This document shows, piece by piece, positions 49,528 through 60,788 of a DNA stretch of 64,000 nt. This DNA is from Raillietiella orientalis. Its lineage: Eukaryota. A program made the translations under genes and the position numbers. Numbering within the stretch: the stretch's first letter is position 1; the number at the start of each line of letters is the position of its first letter. The notes beneath the pieces were generated by a model that was not told the origin of the DNA, ran no database searches, and saw only the letters and a program-made list of their open reading frames with translations. Where the stretch lies: contig JAYWIR010000092.1 of NCBI GenBank assembly GCA_036172245.1, positions 124,001-188,000 of the forward strand, in the 5' to 3' direction.

Positions 49528-52500
49528 TCACCGGATTACGCCGTTCTCAAAGGTGTGTAAACCGGCGATGTATGCCGGTGATGTCCTCATTCACCTTGTC
49601 ACGAAGATGAGATCACCTTGCAGCCTTCTCCATGAATTGAGCTGCAAGCAGGTGAGCCTCCCTTCGCTGCGATGACAACTCCAGGGCGTAGCGGGCCTTC
49701 ACGATGGCGCGAACGCAACACATGGTTGCGACAATCGCGCCAACCGAAAGTCCATTTCTGCTGAAGAAGCGCCGCAGCACATCAATGGCAGTGCCTCCTT
49801 GTGGCATGATGGCCGAAGTGAGCCTTCGCCACAGTTCACGGAGGTCACCGCAGTCCAACAAAAGGTGCGGAAAAGACTCGATCTCTCCGCACCTTAAACA
49901 GTTTGGCAAAGCAGCTCCCCCGGAAACGATGCTTCGCTGCCTATTACAGTGAAATGCACAATGTAAAAAGAGCAGCACATCTTGTTTCCACTTAAGGGGG
50001 AACACGGAGCTGTCCAAACAAACGGGGGGGACCACTATCTCTCCGGGGGGCACACTTAAATGTTCGCTCCACCGAAGCAGTCCCTTCGCCCGATTCCGAG
50101 GTGTGGCGGCTTGCACCAGCTCCTTTGTCGTCCAGCTGCCGAGGAGCTTACTGACTCCCGCTATTTTGCAGGAGAACTCCCATTCCGCCGGTAGGCAACC
50201 GTCGTTGCTTGCCCTGAGGGCAGACAGCGCTACGGCGAGTGGTGTGGCGGCCAGACGATCCGACAACTTCTTGTCCTGCATGACTTCGTCCATTTGATGA
50301 CTGAGGAGAAGTCGCAGGCGTCGAAGATCATCCGGGCGCGTTCCTTCGGAAGCTGCCCACGATGAAAAAGATTCCTGCCGCCATGCATTAATGTTCATGG
50401 GGCGGCAGGAGATCCAGCTTTGGGCTTCCAGCAGTGAGGACAGCAGCCTCAGCGGGAAGCCAAACCCTATTCTGGTGTGCCGAAAGTGGGGTAGCAACGA
50501 AAGCAGTCCCTCGCTTCCCGTGCAGCGCCTCAGTATAAGGCGTGCGGGTGAGCACCACGGCGTACACCACAGCTTGGCACAGAGCCGCAGCATGCGAAAC
50601 TGCACCTGCAGTTCGATGCTGTTTAAGTCGAGGATGCCCAAGCCTGCATCCTGACGCGGCGCCACCAAGTCTTTAAGTCTAACACGGGATCTTGCAGCGC
50701 CCCACAACGCTTTGCGTAGAAGGCGCTGCGCCCAGACTTTGACTTCCTGGGGGGGTGGACAAACAAAAAAACAGGGGGCGGAGGAGGGGGGCAACGAAGG
50801 TGTTCCAGATGCAGGCCCGTTCCGGCAAGACGAACTCGCCTCCTGAAAACGGGCTAAGTGCACGCTCTGCCTTCCGAAGGCAGTCCGACCACGCTTCTGA
50901 GACGCAGAAGTCGCCCAACGGCACGCCAAGGTACCTGAGGTACCTGCCCGTGGGGATCCCCAGGTCGATCCAGTCGGACTGCCCCTCCCACGTCGCACCA
51001 ACCGGAACAACCATACACTTACTCCTGTTAACGCTCACGCCCGCACCACGACGGATCAACTCAAAGAAATCTTCAAGCGACGCTGTCGGGGTGGACATGG
51101 GCAACAGGAGAAGCAGGTCGTCGGCAGAGGCTGCCACGGCGGGCGTACCTGGACAGGAGCTCGGCAGGTTGGCTAGCGTCAGCCTGTAAGCCTCCAGCAC
51201 CAATTCAAAATAGATGCTGAAGAGCAGCGGGCTTAAGCTGTCACCCTGCCTAATTCCTCGTCGTACCGGCACGCCGTACACGCGACAACCACTGAAAACA
51301 ATGGATGTAATCGCGTGGCGCCAGCAGGAGCGCAAGTACGCCAACAGGGATGCCGGAAGACCCAGACGTTCCAAAAGCTCAAGAAGAAGCTTTTGGTTCA
51401 CGCAATCGAAAGCTTTGTGCAGATCGACTGCAACCGCCAAGGCTCCCGGTGTCTCCCTTTGCGTCCCGCGCCTCCGTCGGTGAGAGATCGAAGGTGTCGC
51501 TTCCGCACGACGATCCACCGCCACACGATGCTGCAATTGCAGCCATGTGCGGATGAACAAGAGATTCGCGTCCATGGACCGCCCAGGAACAGCGTACGTC
51601 TGCTCCGGACTTACCAAGGATTGCGCGATCCTACCCATCCGCGCCACCCAAAGTTTCGAGAACAACTTGACGTCCGAATTCACTAATGTGATCGGACGCC
51701 AGTTGTTCAGTTGGCGCAAATCTCCGCCTTTCGGCAGTAGACGCACCTTCGCTGAGCGAAACGAGGCGGGGACATCGCCCGAGTCTCGCATCAGCGACGA
51801 GAGCTGGAGCACCAGGGGGATGAGCTCCGCCGCAAAACACTGAAAGAATTCCGCGGGGAGCCCATCTTCGCCTGGCGCTTTTCGTCTCTTGAGCCCCGAG
51901 ATGGCCGAGGAAATTTCCTCTGCCGTGAAGGGCTCATCAAGACGCGCGCGTTCCTCCTCGTCTACAACAGGTGCATCAATCGGCAGAAGCAGCCGGGAGA
52001 GGCTGCGTTCTGTCGGTGCCTCTGCATACAGAGAAGAGTAATAGCGCCTGACTATCCGTCGCACGTCGGCTGGAGCCGAGCATTCCCGGTCCTGGTCGTC
52101 GAGCAGAACTGTCGCCCCTGACTGCCAGACCTGGCGCTCGGCCTTGGCCTTGTACTCGGATAATCGACCAACGTCCGCGCGCCTGGAAAAGGAGCGGGCC
52201 TGCAGAGAATCTCTGCTGTTGGCTACGCCCTCTCCGAAGCCGCGCGGAAGCTGGTGCAAGGGAAACCGGCAGCAGAACTCGCGGACCGATCTTTTCAGAT
52301 CGTCCCAGTCCTCGAGCTCACTTATGGCAAAGCCGAGGAGGTACTGGCGAAGATGCTCAGCCGCCTCCGGGTGGCTTAGCCAGTCTGCCGGCATCCTCCA
52401 AAAACAGTTTGGAGGCCCCTTGCCTGGCGGGAGCACCTCGAACTCGAGCCTGTTGTGGTCTGAAAGCACGGACGGCACGGGACCTCTCCGACCCACTCGA

Positions 52501-53120
52501 CAGAGCAAGTGTTCATCAAGGTATACGTGGTCCGGCGTTGCTGCTATAACAGGGTCGCTAGCGAACAAGTTGCACGCGTGCACGGACGCGCACATCTCTT
52601 CCGCTAGCAACTTTTCCCTTTTGTGGGATCTAGTCTCGGAAAGCAGGTGGACGTTAAAGTCCCCCGCAATGAGATGGGCCACAGTAGGGTGAGATCGAGT
52701 GAGCCACTGGCCTTGAAGGGTACCGAAGAACTCAATCCTTTCGGCCCATCGTCCAGCACCGCTCGGCGCGTACACGTTGGTTACGACAAGGTCGATCGAG
52801 TCGGACCACTGGAGTACAAGCTGTCCCACTCGGCCTTCCGTGTCGAAACGAACGCTGCGCACCGCTCCCGCCAAAGTTCCTCGCACGAGGAAAGCGACGC
52901 CGCACGTACGTGCAACGCCGCACCGATAAAGTAGCGTTCCGCCCGCGCGCCGTTCGATTTCGGCAGCCTGCTCTCCGGAGATGCTGTGAATCTCCCGCAG
53001 GAGCGTCAAGTCGAAGGCGCGCAGAGCGTCAGCCACTAGTCGCCTCTTCTCCTCGTGTTGGAGCCCGTTGACGTTCCAAGACGTTACGGCAACACGACGA
53101 GAAGACGCGATTGCCCTCAT
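49528..53120 (-). pseudogene. Family C ORF2 (EN + RT + Cys motif); SADD in place of YADD, frameshift at ~50765, late stop
   Basis: ORFs 50679-53123 and 49613-51010: TSWNVNG, AGDFN, GIRQGDSLSP, CLRCGEIESFPHLLLDC. Confidence 0.92.
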
Positions 53121-53792
53121 CACGGCTGGGAAAGCGAGGCCGTGGTGCGCGCCTCACCCGGCGAGCGGGCAGTAAGCAGCACGACGGGCTGGAGGGCGCG
53201 GTCGCCACCGGCCTCAACTGTGCTGCACGTAATCGGGTGCTCCTCCCCGGGTGCAGAACCTGTGGGTTCCGGGGTGAGCACTCGCAGTTCCGCGGCGAGT
53301 GTGTCACGCCTCAGGGCTTCAGCCCTGCGGGCGCTCGCTCCCGCGCGAGTTACGCGTCGTTCAGCTGCGTTATCGGACTCCTTTGCGAAGTCTGATGCTC
53401 GCACGATCGACGGGCGCTTGCATCCGTCCGATTGCACCGGAATGGTCTTCTCGGCGGTCACAGAAGCGGACTTGCACGCGTTGAAGGCGTTGGCTTTTTC
53501 CTTGGAAGAGTCACAAGCCGCGCGTGTTTTCGTATTCGCGCGACTGCTTTTTCCTTTGGAAGAGCTCAGGGATGGAGGTTGCGGAGCTTTCTTTGGAGAT
53601 TTTTCTTTCCTCCTCTCCACAACCTTCCATTTGCCTTCGCGATTTTCGGAAGCTTCCGCGACAGTAGTTGCATAAAACCTCCGGGATTTTCGCTGCGTTC
53701 TCTGGGGGCGTTGCTTTCGCTACGCCTTTAAAAGGCGGCAACGGAGTCACCTTCTTGACAGTCGGGAGATCGCTCCGCTCCTGCCGAGTCGG
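53120..53792 (-). pseudogene. Family C ORF1 C-terminal part
   Basis: Continues from 59414 across the A insertion (...SPTRQ|ERSDL...) and ends LSQP* overlapping the ORF2 ATG. Confidence 0.85.
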
Positions 53793-53962
53793 TGAACTTG
53801 CTCCGCGGCTCGAAGTATTGTGCGCTTGACAACTTAATCAGTTCATTGTGCTCGTGTGTGCCCGGAAAGGGGAAGTTTTCCAGAAGAAACAAAAAAAGAA
53901 GCGGCGAGGAGATCGCGGCAAAAGACCTGCAGTGGTCCCGTGCAGCAAGACCAGCTGCCAGG

Positions 53963-55750
53963 ATGCAGGCACCTAGAAGAGGAGTGGATAGACCGTCGTC
54001 CCCCATGGAAGCCATGGAGGTAACGTGCGGCAACGGCGAGGCGGTGGCAGGCATGCCGAGGATCGCGCCCGCGGCGGGCTTTGCTGCGCCGGCGGCGGCG
54101 ATGCCAAGGGTCGTGCCCGCGGCGACGACGGCGGAGGTCGTGCCCGCGTCGGCGACGCCGAGGATCGTGCCCGCGGCGGGGAAGGTCGCGCCTGCGGCGG
54201 CGATGCCGAGGGTGCCGCCCGCGGCGGTAACGGCGGCAACGTCGAGGTTTGCGCCCGCGGCGGTGGCGTCCCAGGCGGGACCCGCGGGCGTCCACGCGGT
54301 GCAGGGAGCGACGCCATCTTGTTCGGCTGCGGCGTCGCAGCCCTTTTCTTATGTGTCGGTGGCGGCTGGACAGGCGAGTGTCCACCCACCTAGGAAATTC
54401 GGTAAGCCGCTTAGCGGAAAAGTACTAAAAGTGGACCGACCAATAGTGGAAATAGGCCCCAACGTGAAGCCCATTATCTTCAAGACGGGGCTAATAAAAT
54501 TTAATAACATCAGGGAGGTCTATTTGTCCCTCGACAAGACGGACATAGACTTTGATCGCATTCAGGCGATCATTCCATCAAACAACGGGTTCACAGACTT
54601 TACAGACTGTGGAAACATTAGAGAGCGATTGATCCAGAAGGGGATCAATATACAAGGACGGATGGTTTGTGGTATTGGCGAGATGCCATACACAACCGTC
54701 TTTTTAAACGGCATCTCCATCCTCACAGCGCAACTAGCAGTGTGGAATTACTTGGAGCAGTTTGGGGAAGTTCTGGACCTTGATTTCCAGAACTTCTCTG
54801 GAAACATATTTTCTGGCGACATGATCGCCAAGATGAAGTTGAGGGAGGGAGCGGTGATCCCTGGATTGGCCGTTATTGACGAACAATCCCAGGGAGTGAA
54901 TGTGCGTTACCGGCAACAACCGGTATTCTGCACCGGGTGCAAGCAGTTCGGCCACAGGGCCGGGGCTTGCCCAACGTGTCGTTGTTTCCGCTGCGTCAAA
55001 GTAGGACATCAAGTCCGAAACTGCCCGCAGCCGGAGGTGTGCTCCTTCTGCAAGAAACACGGACATGCGAAATGGGGCTGTCCGGAGTTTGAAAACTGCA
55101 GAAGGATTCGAGGTCTCTCTCCCGTGAGAGAGAGAAACATCAAGGAGGCCGAGCAGCCTCAGAAGGCAGGAAGGCAGAAAAAAGTGAAAGAAGCCGTCCC
55201 GGTGTCGGCGGACGGCTTCATAGAAGTGGGAAAGAAGGGAAAGAGGAGGATGCTCGTCAAGGAGCAAGGAACTCCTCAAATCCTGGAAGCACCAGAGCAG
55301 GAAGGCGAGAAGATGGAGGTAGCGCAGGAAGGCGCGAAGGAAGAGAGACAGGAAGCCACTAAAGTGTCGCAGGAAGCTCTGCAGACTACGGAGGAGTTGG
55401 CAACACTGGCGGAGGAGATCATGGAGGTGCAGAGCGGTCCTCAGCAAGAGAAAATCTTGCAGAAGATCTGCACTGCACAAGAGAACATCAACCAGGTTGT
55501 GGAGGTCGCTGAACGCGAGAAGTTAGAGGAACAGCTTCTCGACGTGAAGGCGAACTTCTGCGCCAAAGTCGAAATAGAGGCGCTATCTCGAAAATTGATC
55601 GCGCAGGCGGAACACTCTACGGAGGAGGCGGAAATTACCGACCTCACAGGTACGGAGAGTGACGCCGGCAGCGAGAATCCCGCTGCTTCTTCATTGTCTG
55701 GAAGAGCACGCTCTCTCAGACAGAAGAAGCTCAGGAAGGCCAAAAAATAG
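53963..55750 (+). CDS. Family A ORF1 protein, open; Ala/Pro repeats and three CCHC knuckles (start codon uncertain)
   Basis: CTGCKQFGHRAGAC, CFRCVKVGHQVRNC, CSFCKKHGHAKWGC. Confidence 0.88.
   Translation: MQAPRRGVDRPSSPMEAMEVTCGNGEAVAGMPRIAPAAGFAAPAAAMPRVVPAATTAEVVPASATPRIVPAAGKVAPAAAMPRVPPAAVTAATSRFAPAAVASQAGPAGVHAVQGATPSCSAAASQPFSYVSVAAGQASVHPPRKFGKPLSGKVLKVDRPIVEIGPNVKPIIFKTGLIKFNNIREVYLSLDKTDIDFDRIQAIIPSNNGFTDFTDCGNIRERLIQKGINIQGRMVCGIGEMPYTTVFLNGISILTAQLAVWNYLEQFGEVLDLDFQNFSGNIFSGDMIAKMKLREGAVIPGLAVIDEQSQGVNVRYRQQPVFCTGCKQFGHRAGACPTCRCFRCVKVGHQVRNCPQPEVCSFCKKHGHAKWGCPEFENCRRIRGLSPVRERNIKEAEQPQKAGRQKKVKEAVPVSADGFIEVGKKGKRRMLVKEQGTPQILEAPEQEGEKMEVAQEGAKEERQEATKVSQEALQTTEELATLAEEIMEVQSGPQQEKILQKICTAQENINQVVEVAEREKLEEQLLDVKANFCAKVEIEALSRKLIAQAEHSTEEAEITDLTGTESDAGSENPAASSLSGRARSLRQKKLRKAKK
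54052..54270 (+). repeat. Degenerate GC-rich coding minisatellite (MPR[IV]xPAA... units)
   Basis: About 5 PR-x-x-P-AA units; a similar array with fewer units lies at ~20730-20880. Confidence 0.8.
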
Positions 55751-55763
55751 GTCTTCCCCTTTT

Positions 55764-58700
55764 ATGGCCTCTTCCCTATCGACCGCCAGGAGGATAAACA
55801 TCGCCTCCTGGAACGTAAACGGTGTGGTCGACCAGGTAAAAAGAAGAAGGATTGTGCGGACCATCGCACAACAAGACATCGTGTGCCTGCAGGAGACCCA
55901 CAGGATGGGTCTCGAGATAAGCCAGCGAATAGAACGGCGATTCAACGGGCAGATGTTCGTCAACGAAGGAGAACGGAACACGAAGGGTGTGGCGGTGCTA
56001 ATAAAGAACAACTTAGCCCCCACTATTCTGGAAGTGTTCTGTCCCCAACCCGGACGAATCATCGGCGTGCGACTGGCCTGGTCCGCGACTGTTCACTTTA
56101 TCCTGGTGAACGTGTACGGGCCGCACAGGCTAAAACATCGTTGTGCGGAGGCGCTGCATGCAACACTCCGGCAAAAGGTCGCCCCTAAGGACGTCGTGAT
56201 AGTTGCTGGCGATCTCAACATCTTGGATGAGATCATTCATTCGGAAGACGCCAGAGGAAGGACGGCGAATCGACGGCTATCCGAGGAGTTCGGACTGGTC
56301 TGGCGAACAGCAAGCCACAAGCCAATCGATCACGTCCTGCACAGCACCGAACTTGGGAACCGCATCCAGGGGTTTCGCGACACTATGACTACGGTGTCCG
56401 ATCACCCCCTGGTGCGGTTTTCCCTAAGAACGGAGAATCCTCGACGGAGGCAAGGCACCAGGGCGGCGCTCATCAGCATGCCCGCCTGGTTCGAAACCCA
56501 TCCCGGACATCAGGCTGTCCTGGAGGCGATTCTGAGGGCAACAACAATCCGAAGAGTCGCCGACTGGGACAGCCTGAAACACAGGATACACCTGTTTGCG
56601 AACATGCAGTTCGGGGATAGGCGCTTGAGGCAAAAGGCGTACCAAGAGCTGAACATCCAAGATCGCTCCCTCTCAAAGTACTTCGATCAGTACGAGAGTC
56701 GGTACGTCCTCAATAACATAAAAGGGGAAGTCGGCGTGCTGGAGAAGAGAAATCTGGCAACAGATATCTTCTGCATCCAGTACGACGGCCAAAAGCGACA
56801 GTCGTCTGAGGACATCGTGGATGCCTTTCACAGGCATTACACGAAACACTTCAGGCGACAACAGCTGTGTCGCTCTAGTCAACAGGCCTTCTTGAGCTAT
56901 CTCGAGAAGAGGACCGACGACCTCCAGCGGAACAGACTGGAGGAGGAGTTCTCCGAAGAAGAGGTGAAGACTGCGTTTGGGCAACTACGCAAGGACGTGG
57001 CAGCGGGCCCTGACAGTGTACCCATCTCTCACTATCAGCGGTACTTGCATGCCTACCTGCGTTTGTTCCACCAGTTGACCCTCTGCATCCGTGAAGAAGG
57101 AAGACTTCCACAGTCCTTCTACGAGAGTCGGATGAGATTGTTGCCAAAAGGAGGCGACCTCACGCAGGTCGCTCAATGGAGGCCAATCTCGATCCTGAAC
57201 TCGGATGCCAAGTGGTTGGCGAAGATCTGGTCCAACCGCTTAGGCAAGGTCATGTTGAGGCTCATCTCTCCGGTCCAAACGTGTGCAATCCCTGGACGTT
57301 ACATGTCGGACAATGTCAAGTGTGCTTAGGCCACCGTCGGACTCAGCCGATACGTCGGCGAGAACCTGGCGCTGGTGTTCACTGACATGGAGAAGGCCTT
57401 CGACTCCATCGACCATGGGATGCTGCTGAAGTTTCAGGAGAAGCTAGGCCTTCCGGAACACTTCAGCAACTTCGTGAGGGCGGTACTCCAAAACCAGTAC
57501 TGCCGAATCGAAATCAACGGCCAGGAGACGGCAGCAATCCGGATGGAACGGGGAGTCCGGCAGGGCGATTCGCAAAGTCCGATGATGTTCGTCATCTACA
57601 TGGAGGCGTTGTCGTCCTCTATCGAGAAGAGCGGACGACTGCAAGGCATAATCATAGATTCCGAGCGTCTTACCCATCTGCATACGCTGATGATCCACTC
57701 TTCTTTATCAAGAGAGAGAAATCAACGAGCGTTTCTGGATGTGGTAGACCTGATGGATCAAGGCCTGGGTCTAAAGATCAACGCCCAGAAAAGCCAGCTT
57801 TTGCCCGTTGAAATCTTCGATCTCTCCACTCTAGCGGGGAGAGGATTCCGAACGGTGGACAAGGCCATGTACCTGGGTGTCTACATTGGCGACGTCTCCT
57901 CGTCGAAGCTATTGTGGACCGAGATCCTAGGGAAAACGGCCAAGGAAGCAGCCAAGTACACCCGAACGGACCTTGGAATGAAGCGAAAGGCCAATATATG
58001 GAACGGAGTACTTTTTCCAAAAGTGCTCTTCGGGGCGGTCTCCGCTAGGATGAACAAGGACACTACTAGGGAGTTCGACAAGCTGCAAAGAAAAACACTC
58101 TGGGGCCACTATCGCCCAAGAGTAAGACTGAAACCCCTGTGTCGTCCCAGGGAAGAAGGAGGTTCCGGGATGAAGTCGCTTGCACATTCCATGGAAATCA
58201 TGGATACGCGACACATCCTGGACATTGCCACTTACTGGGATGACTGGCCGTATGCGGCGCACAGGGCCTACGCGTTGTTGCTTAACAACTCGAAAGGCCT
58301 GATGACTGCGCTGCTAGGCCGAGCAGGCAAATGGAACAAAATCGACCCCACCTGGACGAGGAAGCAACGGCTGGTGCGGAAGCACCAAATCAAGATCGTG
58401 CCGCGAAGCTGGGAACTCTGGCAGAACGAGTCCATCCTGGTGATCCCTTGGTTGCTTCCTGTCCCGCCGGACACGAGAAGCTGGATCTACCAGCGGTCCA
58501 GAGTTACCCTACTGCAATTCCAAGAGTGGAGGCGAGGAGGCTACCTACATCAATCTCGTATACTTCGGTATACAGAGATGATGTTAGGAAGGTTTGCCCA
58601 CAGGACCCGCGAAGTGTGGTTCAACCACAACGACTTCGCATGGTCGAGGGTAACCAGAACAAACCTCCGAAGGCTCATCCAAGAAAACGACCGTGACACC

Positions 58701-59279
58701 AGTGCCCTCCAGGAAGCCACCGTACGCTATGGGAGTGAACGGTTCAACCTGTTAGCGATCGGCACGACGCTGTGGAGGAGCGACCTTCCGCCGGGCACCC
58801 AGAATGACCTCCTGATGTATTATCACGGAGGAATCCAGAGTGGGTCTTGATTGCAGCACTTCACAGGAAGACGGGAAGACCGAGACTGCGCAGCATGTGG
58901 AGACGACGACACGAGACTTCACGTCTTGACGTGTCCCACACTCCTGCATGACTGGCTGATCCTGGAAAGGATCATAGGACTTACCAACAAGTCCGTTATG
59001 GAGATCCTCGCCGGGATGTTTCATGGGGATGGTAATGTTCCCTGTTACAATCCCATGGTGAGGACGACCATAGCCCTCTTCATCACCGCCATACTTGTGC
59101 GGTGGTGGAAAATGAGGAAAGCCAGGAGAACCGCACCACCGATGGAGATCCTACAAGGGCTCTTGAAGAGGGAAATCGGCATCAGGAACTGCGGGAAGAT
59201 CCACGCCTGGACGTACCGATTCATCCTGAAGAGGATCCAGGACGACGCCCGGGACCATCCAGCTGGAATTCCCCCCTGA
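55764..59279 (+). pseudogene. Family A ORF2; stops at 57329 and 58850, local frameshift removing YADD at ~57680
   Basis: ORFs 55659-57329, 57375-58850 and 58851-59279. The TACGCTGATGAT sequence is out of frame. Confidence 0.93.
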
Positions 59280-59413
59280 AAAGCAGAACTCTAGTGCAAC
59301 CCAAGGACCCCCAAGTGCAAACTGTTTGTATTGAGTGAATGAGAGTGCGAATGTAAATTTCGTATTTTTGTTGAAAAATAAACTTACCCCACCCCTTGTG
59401 GGACTTGGGGAAA

Positions 59414-60659
59414 CCTGCCGAGTCGGCGATAGGGCGACTGCATGCAGCGTGCTTTTGCTCGTTGCGACGCTGCTTTTTACGGCTTTCGTAGCCTTTTTAG
59501 TGGGGCCTGCGCTGCAGTGGGGCTGTCCGGAACTCGGAAGGGACAACGGAACGGGGCAAGAAGTCTTTGCACTGTTGCGATCTTCCTGTTTTCCTACCTT
59601 TCCCTCCAGGGTGTTACGGAGATTTCCTGGTTCCAGGTTCGGAAAGGTGCCTGCGAGTTCGGCAGAGAGGGAAGGCACGGCACGCGTCAAAGCCTCGCGC
59701 CCCTTTTTAATTGGCTTCCCCGCCGTGACTTTCCCCTTTCGGGGCGTTGCGGGCGGGGATGCTTTCTTTTTATCCGCGGATCGCTCGTGGTTTTTTTCGA
59801 GTTTTTGCGGACGACGTTTTTTATTTGCGGCTGCGGCTTTTTGTGCAGTGGTCTCTTGAACCCGACGAATTTCCGCTGCGGCTCTTTTTCTTGCAAGTAC
59901 CGGGCACTTCTTGATTTCGTGCCCGGAATCTTTGCAATAGCGGCATCTTGGAGAGGGGCACTCTTTAATTCGGTGCCCATCCTTGCCGCACTGCTCGCAC
60001 GCGCGAGTCTGGCCTAGGAACCACAGGTGAACGACCGTGCCGTTCACCTGCAGCTGCTCAGGCACAACACGCCTGTTCGCGACGGTGATCCTCGCGGAGG
60101 CTTGTCCAATGTGGACAGAGGGGAAATCCTTTAAAGGATTTGGCCTCCTCCACAGAGCGTGCACGGTGGCGAACTTCGCCAGCACACTTACGACATCGCG
60201 GTCGGAGATTTCCGGTTCGATGTCGCACAATTGAACGACAAAAGAGTCGTCCATCGCGGTAGGTAGGACTTCCTTGCCATTGATGGTCAACGGCGTACGG
60301 AGAAGGCGCTGCACAAGTGCTGCGTTCTTGCACCGAATCTTCGTGTATTCCATCCTGCCAGCAGGCATTGTGGCAAGGAGTTCCTCCTCGCGAACGCCTA
60401 TCCGGACGAGCTCATCATTGAGCTCACGACCGATTCTCCCGTTAAGTGGCCCACTGACCTTATAACGGAGTGCAGGCATGTATCCTGATGACACATATGC
60501 CTGGAACTCCGCATCGCAGGGTCCTGGTCTTTGGGAGGTAACGACGGCGTAACTCCTCACCGGGGGCGAGGAACCCATTACGGAGGATGCGGCCACTTCA
60601 AGTGCAGCTGAAGTGCATCCAGTGGCTTGCTCCTCCACACTATCCTGTGTACTGGCCAT
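59414..60659 (-). pseudogene. Family C ORF1 N-terminal part
   Basis: CEQCGKDGHRIKEC and CRYCKDSGHEIKKC. Confidence 0.9.
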
Positions 60660-60788
60660 GTTGAACTATGCTACTTGGCAGATTGCACAGGAACACACAA
60701 GTGCGAGCAAAAACGCAGGCACAAAGTTGCCCGATCGTTGGCGCGGAAAGACGCGGAAACACGTCTGCACTGTACGAGCGCAAGAGAT

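Larger units (their letters stand above)
53793..59413 (+). mobile_element. Family A LINE copy 2, near full length, 13-bp TSD
   Basis: TSD CCTGCCGAGTCGG at 53780-53792 and 59414-59426; AATAAA at 59377 + hairpin + AAA. Confidence 0.95.
49189..60776 (-). mobile_element. Family C LINE, full length, 12-bp TSD, interrupted in ORF1 by A copy 2
   Basis: TSD AGCGCAAGAGAT at 49177-49188 and 60777-60788; 5' motif at 60757-60765; terminal hairpin at 49189-49218. Confidence 0.94.
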
